Source of the DNA: a virus
Taxonomy: Duplodnaviria > Caudoviricetes
Virus record (IMG/VR): IMGVR_UViG_3300024517_000021
Span: 1 to 54,779 of that record
Reading direction: 5' to 3' (one strand)
DNA length: 54,779 nucleotides
Part shown: piece by piece, positions 1 to 10,018 of the stretch
Layout: every line of letters starts with the position of its first letter
Numbering within the stretch: the first letter of the stretch is position 1
Made by a program: the position numbers and the translations under genes
Notes under the pieces: generated by a model
The model's database searches: none
What the model was told of the DNA's origin: nothing
What the model saw: the letters and a program-made list of their open reading frames with translations, nothing else

Positions 1-183
1 CACCCAGATTCTGCGTCTGAATCAGATGTAAATCAAATTGAGATTAAGCTGGAACGGGTGGCAACGGATGTTGAACACAATAAGGTTTTACTGGGAGACT
101 TAAAGGAAGAGATTCGCGAGCTGAGGGCGGAGCAGCATGAGTCCAGCATTGAGATTTTAGAGGCAATTCGCAATGGCGATTAG
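1..183 (+). CDS. Partial (5'-truncated) coiled-coil hypothetical protein
   Basis: Open frame from base 1 (HPDSASESDVNQIEIKLERV...EAIRNGD) ending TAG at 181-183, overlapping the next start. Confidence 0.6.
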   Translation, partial: HPDSASESDVNQIEIKLERVATDVEHNKVLLGDLKEEIRELRAEQHESSIEILEAIRNGD

Positions 184-925
184 CGATAGTTACGCATTCA
201 ACCCCGATGTTGGGGAGATCATGGAGGAGGCATACGAACGTGCCGGGCTAGAGCTTCGGTCTGGCCATGACGTTCGGACTGCCAGGAGAAGCCTGAACTT
301 CCTTACATTGGAATGGCAAAACCGAGGCATCAATCTGTGGACGATTGAGGAGAAGTTCATTGAGACTGCTTCTGACGGCACAGGTCTGACTACGAATCTT
401 TTGATCAAGGACAATGCGGCATACAGGCTGGCTACGGGAACGATATCTCTCTTGGATATGGTCTTGCGGACTGGAGACGGGAATTCTACAACGCAAACTG
501 ATTATGCGTTGAACAGGGTTTCTGAGCCTACTTATGCGACGATCCCCAATAAGCTCTCTTCTGCAAGGCCACTTCAATTCTATCTTGAGCGAAAAGAAAT
601 TTTGAATATCGGCAGCTCGACTGATCAGTACGATGTAATCAACCTGTGGCCGCGTCCCGATAGCTCGACTAAGTACAAGATCAAGTATTGGAGAATGAAG
701 CGGATCGCGGATGCGGGGAATGCGGGTAATACGATGGAGATTCCTGCGCGTTTTCAGCCTGCCCTAGCGGCTGGGCTTGCTTACCACATTGCTTGCAAGC
801 GACCAGAAGTAGAGGGTCGCCTCCAGATGCTGAAGGCAAATTACGAGGAAACATTTTTACAGGCAGCCGAAGAGGATCGAGTGAAGGCATCCGCTCGCTT
901 CGTGCCTTTTATTCCGAGCTATTAG
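173..925 (+). CDS. Putative head-tail adaptor / tail tubular protein
   Basis: 250 aa; N-term EEAYERAG...ARRSLN..EWQNRGINLWT and C-term IPARF.PAL.AGLAY resemble podophage adaptor proteins; structural context. Confidence 0.65.
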   Translation: MAISDSYAFNPDVGEIMEEAYERAGLELRSGHDVRTARRSLNFLTLEWQNRGINLWTIEEKFIETASDGTGLTTNLLIKDNAAYRLATGTISLLDMVLRTGDGNSTTQTDYALNRVSEPTYATIPNKLSSARPLQFYLERKEILNIGSSTDQYDVINLWPRPDSSTKYKIKYWRMKRIADAGNAGNTMEIPARFQPALAAGLAYHIACKRPEVEGRLQMLKANYEETFLQAAEEDRVKASARFVPFIPSY

Positions 926-926
926 C

Positions 927-1724
927 TTGGGGCAGCCCTTTGCTTCTGCGAAAAATGCGGTTGGAATCTGTGATCGATGTGGGTTCCAGTACAAGCTTCA
1001 GGAGTTGAAGTCTGAAGTAGTTGACCTGCATGTTACGGGTCTTCTGGTTTGTTATGAATGCTGGGATCCAGACCAGCCGCAGCTTCAGTTGGGTCGTTGG
1101 CCGGTCAATGATCCGCAAGCGATCAGGAATCCTCGCCCTCCCCAGGGCTTGGAGCAGAGTCGTTACGGAGGGGCCATTCGCTACGACTTCACCGACAGTG
1201 CAGAGGACTTTACTCTGACTCGGAATACTGGCGGCGGTGACGTTTCTTACGGGTCGGTTACCCATGATTCTTCTGCCGGTACGATTGTTTCAAAGCCGAA
1301 TGATACGGCAGATGGTCGAACCCTGAATGGAATTGTCAGCCCCACGGTTAGTGTCCGAACCGCAGATCTAGTCGATGGAGTTCGTGTTCCAAGTTACGTC
1401 TATGTTCGCGTTCGTGTCAGGATTTCTGAGTCTGTTGATGGCTCTGCCCCATTGCCCGTTCCGTCTCCTAATGCGTCCTATGACGGGAAAATGTACTGGC
1501 GTACATCTTCTGGGGCGTATTCATTGAGTGCTAGCTCTGTTTCTAGTCCTGACTGGAATCAAATGGGAGAGCCGTATCAAGTTCTTACTTGGGATATGAG
1601 TGATAACGAGGATTGGCTGGGTTCAAGTGGCACTGTTGTGACTGGACTTTACTGGATATTTTTTACGGGACTTACGAAGTCTGGCGAGTATGAGATTGAT
1701 TATGTCCGATTCGAGAAGGAGTGA
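927..1724 (+). CDS. Zn-finger virion-associated protein with C-terminal beta-rich domain
   Basis: TTG start; CDRC...CYEC pairs then DQPQ; aromatic beta-rich C-terminal half. Confidence 0.6.
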   Translation: MGQPFASAKNAVGICDRCGFQYKLQELKSEVVDLHVTGLLVCYECWDPDQPQLQLGRWPVNDPQAIRNPRPPQGLEQSRYGGAIRYDFTDSAEDFTLTRNTGGGDVSYGSVTHDSSAGTIVSKPNDTADGRTLNGIVSPTVSVRTADLVDGVRVPSYVYVRVRVRISESVDGSAPLPVPSPNASYDGKMYWRTSSGAYSLSASSVSSPDWNQMGEPYQVLTWDMSDNEDWLGSSGTVVTGLYWIFFTGLTKSGEYEIDYVRFEKE

Positions 1725-1727
1725 GCG

Positions 1728-1943
1728 ATGCCGAAAGTAGATGGTACGAATTTTGGTTTTGGTCAGGCTGATAGGGCGAAGGCCCAGAAGAGATCGGAGG
1801 AAACGGGAGAGCCCATTTCATCGAACAAAAAGCCACACGAGTGGGATCTGGTTCATAGTTTTGGGGATCGTCGTATCCGGTCAAAGACTCGTGGTGTTGG
1901 CTCGGCGACTAGAGGTTTGGATTTTTACAGGGACAAGGATTGA
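1728..1943 (+). CDS. Small hypothetical protein with KTRGxGxAxRGLDFY motif
   Basis: AGGAG SD, ATG, tight packing; motif shared with next gene. Confidence 0.7.
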   Translation: MPKVDGTNFGFGQADRAKAQKRSEETGEPISSNKKPHEWDLVHSFGDRRIRSKTRGVGSATRGLDFYRDKD

Positions 1944-1946
1944 GAC

Positions 1947-2180
1947 ATGCCTAGAATGGTTGACAAAGTTACCGGCGAGTTGGTTGAAGAGCTTGATTAC
2001 AGTCCAGAGGGAATAGCCAGGGGCCAGCAGATGGAGGCAGAGAATGAAAATATTGTTATGGAGAAGACCCAGTACTACAGCACTGGTGGTCCCGTGAGCT
2101 TTTCAAATGAAAACAGGAAGCGGGTTAAAACTCGTGGAACTGGAGCTGCGATTAGGGGTTTGGACTTCTATGAGATTTAA
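1947..2180 (+). CDS. Small hypothetical protein with KTRGxGxAxRGLDFY motif
   Basis: ATG 3 nt after previous stop; motif shared with previous gene. Confidence 0.7.
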   Translation: MPRMVDKVTGELVEELDYSPEGIARGQQMEAENENIVMEKTQYYSTGGPVSFSNENRKRVKTRGTGAAIRGLDFYEI

Positions 2181-2183
2181 TTC

Positions 2184-2897
2184 ATGAATTACGGCGAACT
2201 GGTCACAGCAATAAAAGACTATTGCCAGAATTCAGAGACAACCTTTGTCAATCACATCAATGATTTCGTCATTGGTTCTGAAGACAAAGTGTTTATGTCG
2301 GTTCAGATGCCTTCCTTTTGGAAGAGTGAGAACATTGCTGTTTCGGATTCTGCTTCTTCCTACCAGTTGGAAGCTGGCGTGATCGATATTCTGTCTGTTC
2401 GTGTCAATGAGACGGATGGATCCACTGGTTTAGTTGATAAGGGGCCTGTCTTGTACTTGTATAGAAAGGATTATGACTTTCTATATGAGGCATACCCGGG
2501 GGACAGCTCGGCCCTGAGTACTGGAGTTCCTAAGTATTACGCAGTCTCTTCCGAGTCCGTCTCTTCTTCAAACCCGCGAATGACCATTTTGATTGCCCCG
2601 AGGCCAGCGACCGGTAAGTCATATGCGATGACTGTGGATTATTACGGAAAGGTGGATACCGATTCCATTACAAATGGTGGCGACTCAAAAGAGACTTGGC
2701 TTTCGGTTACAGCACCGGATGTTCTTTTGTACGGGTCACTTGTCCAGGCTTATACCTTCATGAAGGGAGAGCCGGATATTATCCAGATGTATGAGAAGCA
2801 GTTTATGGAGGGTCTTGCTCTTCTGAAAAATTTGGGAGAAGGAAGACAGACAACGGACGCTTATTCTCAGGGACAAATGAGAACCCCTTCCGCTTAG
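2184..2897 (+). CDS. Putative head-tail adaptor / tail tubular protein A-like
   Basis: MNYGEL..AIKDY, G.PKYYA, WLS..APD.LLYGSL..AY.FMKG motifs typical of podophage adaptors. Confidence 0.7.
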   Translation: MNYGELVTAIKDYCQNSETTFVNHINDFVIGSEDKVFMSVQMPSFWKSENIAVSDSASSYQLEAGVIDILSVRVNETDGSTGLVDKGPVLYLYRKDYDFLYEAYPGDSSALSTGVPKYYAVSSESVSSSNPRMTILIAPRPATGKSYAMTVDYYGKVDTDSITNGGDSKETWLSVTAPDVLLYGSLVQAYTFMKGEPDIIQMYEKQFMEGLALLKNLGEGRQTTDAYSQGQMRTPSA

Positions 2898-2906
2898 GAA
2901 CTAAAG

Positions 2907-4499
2907 ATGGCAACGACATTTACTGACAACTATCAAATCAAGCTGATTGGCACCGGCCTAGAAGCGGGTACTTGGGGTACATCCACGAATGAAAATCTGA
3001 AGCGCATCGAGCAGGCTTTGGGTGGAAGCTCGATTATAGATGTTGTTACCCCTGGTGGAACTTCCACCTATACGACTGGCAATTTGGAGTGGTGTACGGC
3101 AGATACGGCTGCTGCTGGTGCGACTGGTTCCGAGGGGAGAGATTGTTTCGTCGAGTTTACAAGTGCGGCGCAAGCCACCACAGTTCAGATTCGCGGTCCT
3201 GCCGGTGGGGATTATACGGAGAGGGTTTTCTTCGTTTATAACAGCTCTGGGCATACTCTTACATTTAACAGCCATTCTGGTACTACAGCTCAATATGATG
3301 TTCTAGACGAAAGCTATGCGGTTATCTGCACACAAGGTTCCGCTGGTTTGAAGAACATTCTTTCAAAGTTGCAGATTGATGACTTGGTCTTCCCTGCGGA
3401 AGCGGACATTTTGGTGCCTGCTAGCACAGCAGCCGCACTTGAGATTGCCAGTGGTGCGACCAAGTACCTGACTGTTAATACCAGTACGAATGTGGTTGAG
3501 TTGAATACCGCAAGTGTTATTACCGGAACTGGTTCAGCGCAGTCGGTGATCAAGTCTAGTGGAAACCAAGACTTGAAACTTGAGACTGGTAATTCGACTA
3601 CTGGAAGTATCTCCATTGTAGAAGGTGGTGGAGGGAATATATCGATTACTCCAGATGCTGCGGGGAAGTTAATTGTTGGAAATGCGAGCAATGCTGCGAC
3701 CATAACAACTGGTGGCACCCGTGATCTTGTTCTCAATACTCATTCTGGAACGGCTAGCGGTTCAATTACGATTACTGATGCTGCAGATCAGAACATCCTG
3801 ATTGCCCCGGATGGCTCTGGCAAGGTGATTGTCGGGAATTCCGGTGCTACCGGGAAGATCTCAACGGGTGGTGCCCAAAACCTAGTTCTTGATACCAACA
3901 ATAATGCTGGGGCTGGAGCGGAGGTAATTGTTGGAGATGGCACGAATGGCGGTATCTCCCTGACTCCAGCGGGTACTGGAGCTGTTACGATTGCGACCGA
4001 TGCCGTTATCTCTGGCACTGATGGATACATAGCGTTCAATACTTTGGCTGGTACGCCTTCAGATAGCTACGGAATAAGAAACAGTTCTGGAAAAGTCCAA
4101 TCAAAGAGCGATGGCGGGGCTTGGGGTGGAATTTATAGTTCCAATCAAGTCACTGGTGATGGAACTTACTTTGAACTGTCTGGTATTGCTCTTCCCGGTT
4201 CATACGGCACAGTAACTACCCCCCATGGTTTTACTACTGTTCCTAGAATTTTCCAAGTTAATTTCGTTAACGAATCGACCGATGCAGAATGGGATCCCGG
4301 TGATGAAGTCCCTGCCGGAAACATAATGGGGTCGGCAGAAAGTGATCAAGGCGTAACCTACGGAGCGGACGACGAGAATGTTTTTGTTGCGTTTGGAAAT
4401 GTTCTTTGGATCTTACAGAAAGAAGGCGCATTAACTTCGGGCAGATCCATTCAAATCGCTCGGGGTGATTGGACGTTTACTATAAGGGCATGGAAGTAG
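2907..4499 (+). CDS. Tail fibre protein
   Basis: N-term G...GTWG..TN.NL..IEQA anchor; Gly/Thr/Ser-rich with about three internal repeats (LxLxT...GSIxI....NIxIxP.GxGKxIVG). Confidence 0.75.
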   Translation: MATTFTDNYQIKLIGTGLEAGTWGTSTNENLKRIEQALGGSSIIDVVTPGGTSTYTTGNLEWCTADTAAAGATGSEGRDCFVEFTSAAQATTVQIRGPAGGDYTERVFFVYNSSGHTLTFNSHSGTTAQYDVLDESYAVICTQGSAGLKNILSKLQIDDLVFPAEADILVPASTAAALEIASGATKYLTVNTSTNVVELNTASVITGTGSAQSVIKSSGNQDLKLETGNSTTGSISIVEGGGGNISITPDAAGKLIVGNASNAATITTGGTRDLVLNTHSGTASGSITITDAADQNILIAPDGSGKVIVGNSGATGKISTGGAQNLVLDTNNNAGAGAEVIVGDGTNGGISLTPAGTGAVTIATDAVISGTDGYIAFNTLAGTPSDSYGIRNSSGKVQSKSDGGAWGGIYSSNQVTGDGTYFELSGIALPGSYGTVTTPHGFTTVPRIFQVNFVNESTDAEWDPGDEVPAGNIMGSAESDQGVTYGADDENVFVAFGNVLWILQKEGALTSGRSIQIARGDWTFTIRAWK

Positions 4500-4500
4500 C

Positions 4501-6906
4501 TTGCTAAAGAAGATCCAAATACCTCCCGGCATCAACAAAGAGTCCACCCAATACGCGGCGGCAGGCTCTTGGTATGACGCGAACAATGTTCGCTTCAGGA
4601 GAGGTAAGGCCGAGGTAGTCGGTGGGTGGTCACGAGATGGGACTTACGATCTGCAAGGATTTGGCAGAGCGAGCTTTACTTCGCGCGACTATTCTGGAAA
4701 TACTTACCAGTTTGTAGGTACGGACTGGAAGTATTATGCCATTGTTGGAGATCTTCCTTTTGACATTACTCCAGTGCGAGATAGTGGAACACTACCCGGT
4801 TCTACTCCGTTTTTTGCGGTTAAGGGAAATCCAGAGATTGTGGTTTCGGATGCATCTCATGGACTTTCTGTAAATGACTGGGTGGTCTTTACTTCTGTAA
4901 GTTCTGCCAGTGGCGGGATAACAGACGCTCAATTGACACAGTCTCACGGTTTTCAGGTTTCGACTGTTTACAGCGCAGATGTTTATAGTTTTTACCTTGT
5001 TGATTGGGATACGGGAAATCCAATTGAGCCAAGTTTTTCGGCTTCAATGGGTGGAACTGTTAATTATTCGTATAAAGAGCCATCTGGTGTGAGCACTCAG
5101 GTTTCTGGGCAGGGCTGGGGTGCTGGTGAGTACGGTTGGGATGCACCGGCAACTCCCTATGCTCTATCTACTTCAACCACTCCTGGGGAAAAAGCATTCG
5201 AGGGTACAGCGGATGGTAGTGGTCAGTTGGTTGTGCGTTTTTTGACCAGTGGTGTGCCTACGGTTGATGTGGATATTTCTGTTTATTTTACGGAGCTGGC
5301 TGGAACTGTTGGCGACTTGGATCTTCCATTGTTGAATAATAATTGGTGGAATGTCGATGCTATAGGCACCTCTGGCTCCTACACGGAAGTTACAATCACT
5401 GCCCCAATAGATCCCAATACCACGAATGAGGAGACGCTGACTGCTAGCGAAAATGAATTCTATGTTGCCGAGGCAGATGATGGTGGTTCTGTATTTGGTG
5501 CTTCGAGAGGTTGGGGGGATTCCTCTTCTTCTTCTACTGAGACCGGAACTATCCGCAGGGTGTTCATTGATAATTACGGTGAAGACGTAATTTTTTCAAA
5601 CAGTGGCGGCGAGATTTACTATTGGGATTCAAGTGCGAATACTTCATCTGGTGTTCCGGTTGGGACCGAAGCGGGTGTAGCAAAGAGGCTTTCCGACTTT
5701 TCTGGATCTACTGATACGCCGGTTGTTGTGGAGAGTGTTCTTGTTTCCAAGAAAGACGGTCACTGCGTTGCACTGGGTTGTAATGACATTGGCGTGACGG
5801 ATGGAACTTCAAATTCCCTCCTTGTCCGTTGGTCTGATCAAAATAATCCTTTTGATTGGACCCCATCTCCGACAAATACTTCTGGTGGTCAGGTTCTTCG
5901 TGTCGGCTCAAAGATCATTGGTGGGGTAAGTACCAAGGATGAGGTTGTAATATTCACAGACTCTGCTGTCTATTCGATGAGATTCATCGGTCCACCAGAT
6001 ATTTTTTCCTTCAACTTGATTACGCAGGGCGTAGAAATTTCTAGCCTCATGTCTGCGGTTAATGCGGCGAGTGCAGTTTTCTTTATGGGCACGGATGGTT
6101 TTTACCGATATACGGGATCTGTCTCACCGATTCCATGCTCTGTTGCTAATTATGTGTTTGATGATTTCAATGTTTCCCAAAGAGAGAAATGTTTTGGTGC
6201 AGTGAATTCCTCTTTCTCTGAAGTTATGTGGTTCTACCCGTCTGCCGATGCATTCGAGCCGGATCGCTTTGTGATTTTTAATTATGATAATAACTCTTGG
6301 TCTATCGGAAGTTTTGATATGTCCGAATTTTCTGAGGGTGCTTCAAGTTCAAATCCGTATTCGAGGACATCATGGAGGGATGCGATTATATTCTCGAATC
6401 CCATGTCCACATATATTACGGACTATGCCCCATCGACTTCTGCCGAGAACGATGCATTTGTTGGTGCTTCAGACTATGCCATTCCGATGGTTGAGAAATC
6501 TGCGGTCATGATTCATGAAAATGGAACTTCCGCCCAGGGGAATAGTTTGAGCGCGCACATTGAAAGTGGCGAGTTGGATATATCGGATGGAGAGAGGTTT
6601 TCCTTTTATTCTAGGGTGATCCCGGATTTGCAGTTGTTCAATGCCACGGATAGTTCTGCCCAGGTGACTGTATCCTTGGATAACAGGGATTTTCCGGGAG
6701 AGGCTTCTTCTGAGGGTTCTTCTACTAGTGTCGATTTTACGGTAGTTAGCCCGAACTCCAGTTCTACATTCACTCCAACTGGGAATTCAACAGCAATCCG
6801 GGGAAGGGCTCGTTCTGTCTCGATGAAGATCTCCAGTGATAGTTCTGGTTTTCAGTGGAGGCTTGGTGATATGAGGGTGGACATTAGGCCCGATGGTCGC
6901 CGCTGA
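4501..6906 (+). CDS. Tail nozzle / stabilisation protein (tail tubular B-like)
   Basis: TTG start, 801 aa; PGINKE.T.Y, W.DANNVRFR.G, LVRWSDQ, EVMWFYPS, C-term WRLG..R.D.RPDGRR. Confidence 0.7.
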   Translation: MLKKIQIPPGINKESTQYAAAGSWYDANNVRFRRGKAEVVGGWSRDGTYDLQGFGRASFTSRDYSGNTYQFVGTDWKYYAIVGDLPFDITPVRDSGTLPGSTPFFAVKGNPEIVVSDASHGLSVNDWVVFTSVSSASGGITDAQLTQSHGFQVSTVYSADVYSFYLVDWDTGNPIEPSFSASMGGTVNYSYKEPSGVSTQVSGQGWGAGEYGWDAPATPYALSTSTTPGEKAFEGTADGSGQLVVRFLTSGVPTVDVDISVYFTELAGTVGDLDLPLLNNNWWNVDAIGTSGSYTEVTITAPIDPNTTNEETLTASENEFYVAEADDGGSVFGASRGWGDSSSSSTETGTIRRVFIDNYGEDVIFSNSGGEIYYWDSSANTSSGVPVGTEAGVAKRLSDFSGSTDTPVVVESVLVSKKDGHCVALGCNDIGVTDGTSNSLLVRWSDQNNPFDWTPSPTNTSGGQVLRVGSKIIGGVSTKDEVVIFTDSAVYSMRFIGPPDIFSFNLITQGVEISSLMSAVNAASAVFFMGTDGFYRYTGSVSPIPCSVANYVFDDFNVSQREKCFGAVNSSFSEVMWFYPSADAFEPDRFVIFNYDNNSWSIGSFDMSEFSEGASSSNPYSRTSWRDAIIFSNPMSTYITDYAPSTSAENDAFVGASDYAIPMVEKSAVMIHENGTSAQGNSLSAHIESGELDISDGERFSFYSRVIPDLQLFNATDSSAQVTVSLDNRDFPGEASSEGSSTSVDFTVVSPNSSSTFTPTGNSTAIRGRARSVSMKISSDSSGFQWRLGDMRVDIRPDGRR

Positions 6907-7121
6907 TGCCCATTATTTTTCAGCCACTCCCTGTCGCAGAAAGTTCATATAGTCGAGAGTCGGAGTCTCTATTCCGAAGGGAAGTGGAGAACTACCTTCT
7001 CCAGCTCTCCTCGGTGGTTAACGAAGCTTCTTCTGCGAACGATGGGGAAGCATCTGCTGCGTCCAAGAGGGAAAGTCTTCTGGCTGTCCCGGGTGGTGCT
7101 GTGGCTTACGGGGCTACTTGA
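6906..7121 (+). CDS. Small hypothetical virion-region protein
   Basis: TGATG overlap with upstream gene; helical LP..Y...R..E.Y pattern. Confidence 0.6.
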   Translation: MPIIFQPLPVAESSYSRESESLFRREVENYLLQLSSVVNEASSANDGEASAASKRESLLAVPGGAVAYGAT

Positions 7122-7122
7122 G

Positions 7123-7566
7123 ATGGCAGATCGTTATAAGGTCTTGAATCTCTTGAAGCTACGGGTGCCCCCCACCCAGCTTTTGACGGATACTCTTTAT
7201 GAGGTTCCGGCTGCCGCGTTAACTCAAGTGGGTGGGGGATTGGGACCTGTAACTTCCCCGAAGGCTGTCTCTTCTCTTTATCAGACCTTGCTTACGAATA
7301 TAGTTGTCTGTGATTCGTCTGGTGTAGCTGGGGTTGCGACAACATTCGATATTACTTTGTTGTCAACGAATTCTTCTGGCGATGCGACCACGACGTACTT
7401 GTTCAGGGTTACTGAGTTAAAGGCAAATAACACTCAAGTCTTGACACTGAATGCAACTTTATCTGCGGGAGATAAGTTGGTTGCAACTATTCCTACAACT
7501 GTAGGGGCAGAGGTAGATTTTACAGTTTTTGGAATCGAGATGATTACGGGCAGTGGTCCGAGGTAA
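7123..7566 (+). CDS. Putative small tail/virion beta-sandwich protein
   Basis: Start re-called to ATG 7123 (MADRYK), right after previous stop; LY.VP...NIVVC...L.AGD....V.G.E pattern. Confidence 0.65.
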   Translation: MADRYKVLNLLKLRVPPTQLLTDTLYEVPAAALTQVGGGLGPVTSPKAVSSLYQTLLTNIVVCDSSGVAGVATTFDITLLSTNSSGDATTTYLFRVTELKANNTQVLTLNATLSAGDKLVATIPTTVGAEVDFTVFGIEMITGSGPR

Positions 7567-7569
7567 AAG

Positions 7570-8553
7570 ATGGCTGACGAATATTACGGTGGTATTGCGG
7601 ACGAGCTAGCAAGCAAGGGTCGTTACGGAGACTCCATGCTTATGCATGTGAATCCGATTGAAGTAGAGGGTCTTTCATCCCTGGTTCCGATTACGAGGAA
7701 TCCTCATACCGGTTTGCCAGAGGCTTTTTGGCCTTTGGTTATCGGAGCAGTAATCGGTGCTACCGTGGGTGGAGTTAGAGCCAAAAAGATGGATGTTCCT
7801 CTCTGGCAGGGAATTTTGGGCGGTGCAGCATTGGGAGCGACCGCTGGATCTGGTCTTGGTGCTATGGCTGCGCCTGCGGCAGTGGCTGCCCCGGTAGGTG
7901 GAGCTGGCACTGCTGCCGCGCTTACTGCACAAGGTGCAAGTGCTGCAAATGTTGCGGCTGCTAACGCAGCTTCGATGGCTAATATGAGTGGCGGTGTTTT
8001 GGGTGGGTCTGCTCTCCCTGGTGCTGGTGTTGTTGCACAGGGTAGCCCAGCTCTAACTGCCGCAGTTGTGGATTCGTTTGCTGGTGGTGCGAATGTTGCC
8101 CCTGCCGTGCAGGCTGCACAGGCTGCACAAGCTGCTCAGCCCTTGGTTGGTGCGCAGATGCAATCTGCGGCTGCTTCTGCTCCTGAGCTTGCAAGTACGT
8201 TGGGAGTAGACACTACGAGTAATCTTGTCGGGGGCAATGTGGATGTGCTCGCATCCCAGCCTCTGGCCACCCCCGGTGTGGACGTTTCACCTACGGGCGG
8301 TGGTATTGGGGATGTTGGTGGAATCAGGAGTGCAGTAAATTCTCTTGAGGCAAGTATGGGAGAGAATCCAATGAAGTGGGCAGCGGGCATCGCAGCAGCA
8401 AATGCTCTTGTGCCGCCGAAAGAAAAAAAGGAAGATTTCGGAGAGTCTTCGTTTGAGGGGGATCCCACTTGGAGGGATCGAAAACAACAGCCGCGTAGTT
8501 ATTCAGGGGCTTCTCCTGGCGGAAGACAGCGTAGCTATTTCGGGAGGGTGTGA
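7570..8553 (+). CDS. Putative internal virion / DNA-ejection protein
   Basis: N-term GRYGDSML.HVNP.E...T.NP.TGLPEAF followed by hydrophobic Gly/Ala-rich segments. Confidence 0.6.
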   Translation: MADEYYGGIADELASKGRYGDSMLMHVNPIEVEGLSSLVPITRNPHTGLPEAFWPLVIGAVIGATVGGVRAKKMDVPLWQGILGGAALGATAGSGLGAMAAPAAVAAPVGGAGTAAALTAQGASAANVAAANAASMANMSGGVLGGSALPGAGVVAQGSPALTAAVVDSFAGGANVAPAVQAAQAAQAAQPLVGAQMQSAAASAPELASTLGVDTTSNLVGGNVDVLASQPLATPGVDVSPTGGGIGDVGGIRSAVNSLEASMGENPMKWAAGIAAANALVPPKEKKEDFGESSFEGDPTWRDRKQQPRSYSGASPGGRQRSYFGRV

Positions 8554-9572
8554 TGGGAAAGAAAAAAAAGAGCAGAGCGCCTGCCTATTCGCCCCCCTCG
8601 TGGCGCAACCCAGATTTGGCGGATCGAGTTTTGGCTCGTCCTGTGAATGTCAGCACTGGCTTTGGATCGGATATATCTGAATCTCCATTCTCTGGATATA
8701 TTTCAGATTATAGTTTGCCGTATTCCAGTTCTATCGGTGCTTCAAATTATAGCTCACCATATTCTAGCCTGTTTGGTTTTGGTTCAGTTGAAAATTTGAA
8801 AGGTTCCTACACGCCTTATCCTACCAGTTCGTCTCCTGCCAGTTCTAGCAGACCGGCCCAGCCTGAGTTGTTGGAAACTTGGGAGTATCATCCTCAGATA
8901 GGCAGCCCGATGCAGGCATCGAACCGCAGGTGGAGACCAGCGGAGGAGAGATACCGGCCTGAGTCTTGGACTTCCAGTAGTGATGGTAGGAGAGTTTACG
9001 AGAAACCTGTAAATGTCGGTCCTTCTTGGACAAGGATGATGGAGGGTGGGATGGTTCGTAGGTATCAGGCTGGTGGGATTATGGATGCGATGGCTCCCCC
9101 TGTGGAGATGGAGGCAGGCTTTGCCGAAGAATCCATTGGAGGAAGGGAGATGGAGGCTGGATTCGCGGAGGAGTCTGTAGGCGGAAGAGAAGAAGCAGTG
9201 ATGATCTTCTCCGAGGCAGCAGAGGCTTTGCGTGGGGAGCATCCGAATCCCAATGATGCGTTGAAGAGATTTGTCGATGCCTTTGGGATTGATGCCCTGG
9301 AAAAGCTAAAGGTCACTCTTCAAACTGGTGACGGGATGAGCGACTCCATTCCCGGAAATATTGACGGAGTGGAGGATGTTGCTCTTTCAGAGGGGGAGTT
9401 CATTGTTCCAGCAGATGCAGTCAGTGGCATTGGGAATGGAAGTACGGATTCTGGTGCTCGCCGACTAATGGACATGATCGAGAATGTCAGGACGGCTCGC
9501 ACGGGTACGCCCGAGCAGGCACCAGCGATAGAGCCCCGGCAGATGGGACTGGGTGGTTTGATCCGGCGGTGA
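8550..9572 (+). CDS. Putative internal virion protein
   Basis: C-term GDGMSDSIP...LSEGEF.VPADAVS.IGNGS...GA..L motif; xxGGxV motifs. Confidence 0.6.
   Translation: MMGKKKKSRAPAYSPPSWRNPDLADRVLARPVNVSTGFGSDISESPFSGYISDYSLPYSSSIGASNYSSPYSSLFGFGSVENLKGSYTPYPTSSSPASSSRPAQPELLETWEYHPQIGSPMQASNRRWRPAEERYRPESWTSSSDGRRVYEKPVNVGPSWTRMMEGGMVRRYQAGGIMDAMAPPVEMEAGFAEESIGGREMEAGFAEESVGGREEAVMIFSEAAEALRGEHPNPNDALKRFVDAFGIDALEKLKVTLQTGDGMSDSIPGNIDGVEDVALSEGEFIVPADAVSGIGNGSTDSGARRLMDMIENVRTARTGTPEQAPAIEPRQMGLGGLIRR
9105..9188 (+). repeat. Tandem 42-bp duplication encoding EMEAGFAEES(I/V)GGR x2
   Basis: Two in-frame copies, 13/14 aa identical, many synonymous differences. Confidence 0.85.
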
Positions 9573-10015
9573 ACCCTTCGGACATTTCTATTACGCGGAT
9601 TCCTGTGGAACATGTAAGCGATTACTGGGATCAAGTTTCGCTGCTTCTGAAGAAGGGCGTTGATGAGTCCGGTGGTAGGTATGATCTTGCCTCTCTTTAT
9701 TCTCAGATCGTTCAAGGAGAGCAGCAGCTTTGGGTAGTTTTTGCCGTTTCTAACGAGATAGTAGCTGCGGTCACCACTCAGTTCTGCGTCTATCCATTGA
9801 AGACAAATCTTTCTGTGGTGTTCTGCGGGTCGAACGAAACGATGGGCGGGACTTCCGGTAATTGGAAAAAAGCTATGTCCGATCTTATTGATTGGGCTCG
9901 TCATCTTAACTGTGACTCTATCGAGTTCGATGGCAGGCGTGGCTGGCTAAAAGTATTTAAGTCTCTCGGTTTCAGGGAGAGCTACGTGGCAATCGAAAGA
10001 GAAGTTGGGGAGTAG
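9569..10015 (+). CDS. GNAT-fold acetyltransferase-like protein
   Basis: QLWV, AAVTT....YP, W..A...L..WA....C..IE..GR.GW.KV....GF pattern; GTG start overlapping upstream TGA. Confidence 0.6.
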   Translation: MNPSDISITRIPVEHVSDYWDQVSLLLKKGVDESGGRYDLASLYSQIVQGEQQLWVVFAVSNEIVAAVTTQFCVYPLKTNLSVVFCGSNETMGGTSGNWKKAMSDLIDWARHLNCDSIEFDGRRGWLKVFKSLGFRESYVAIEREVGE

Positions 10016-10018
10016 TGG

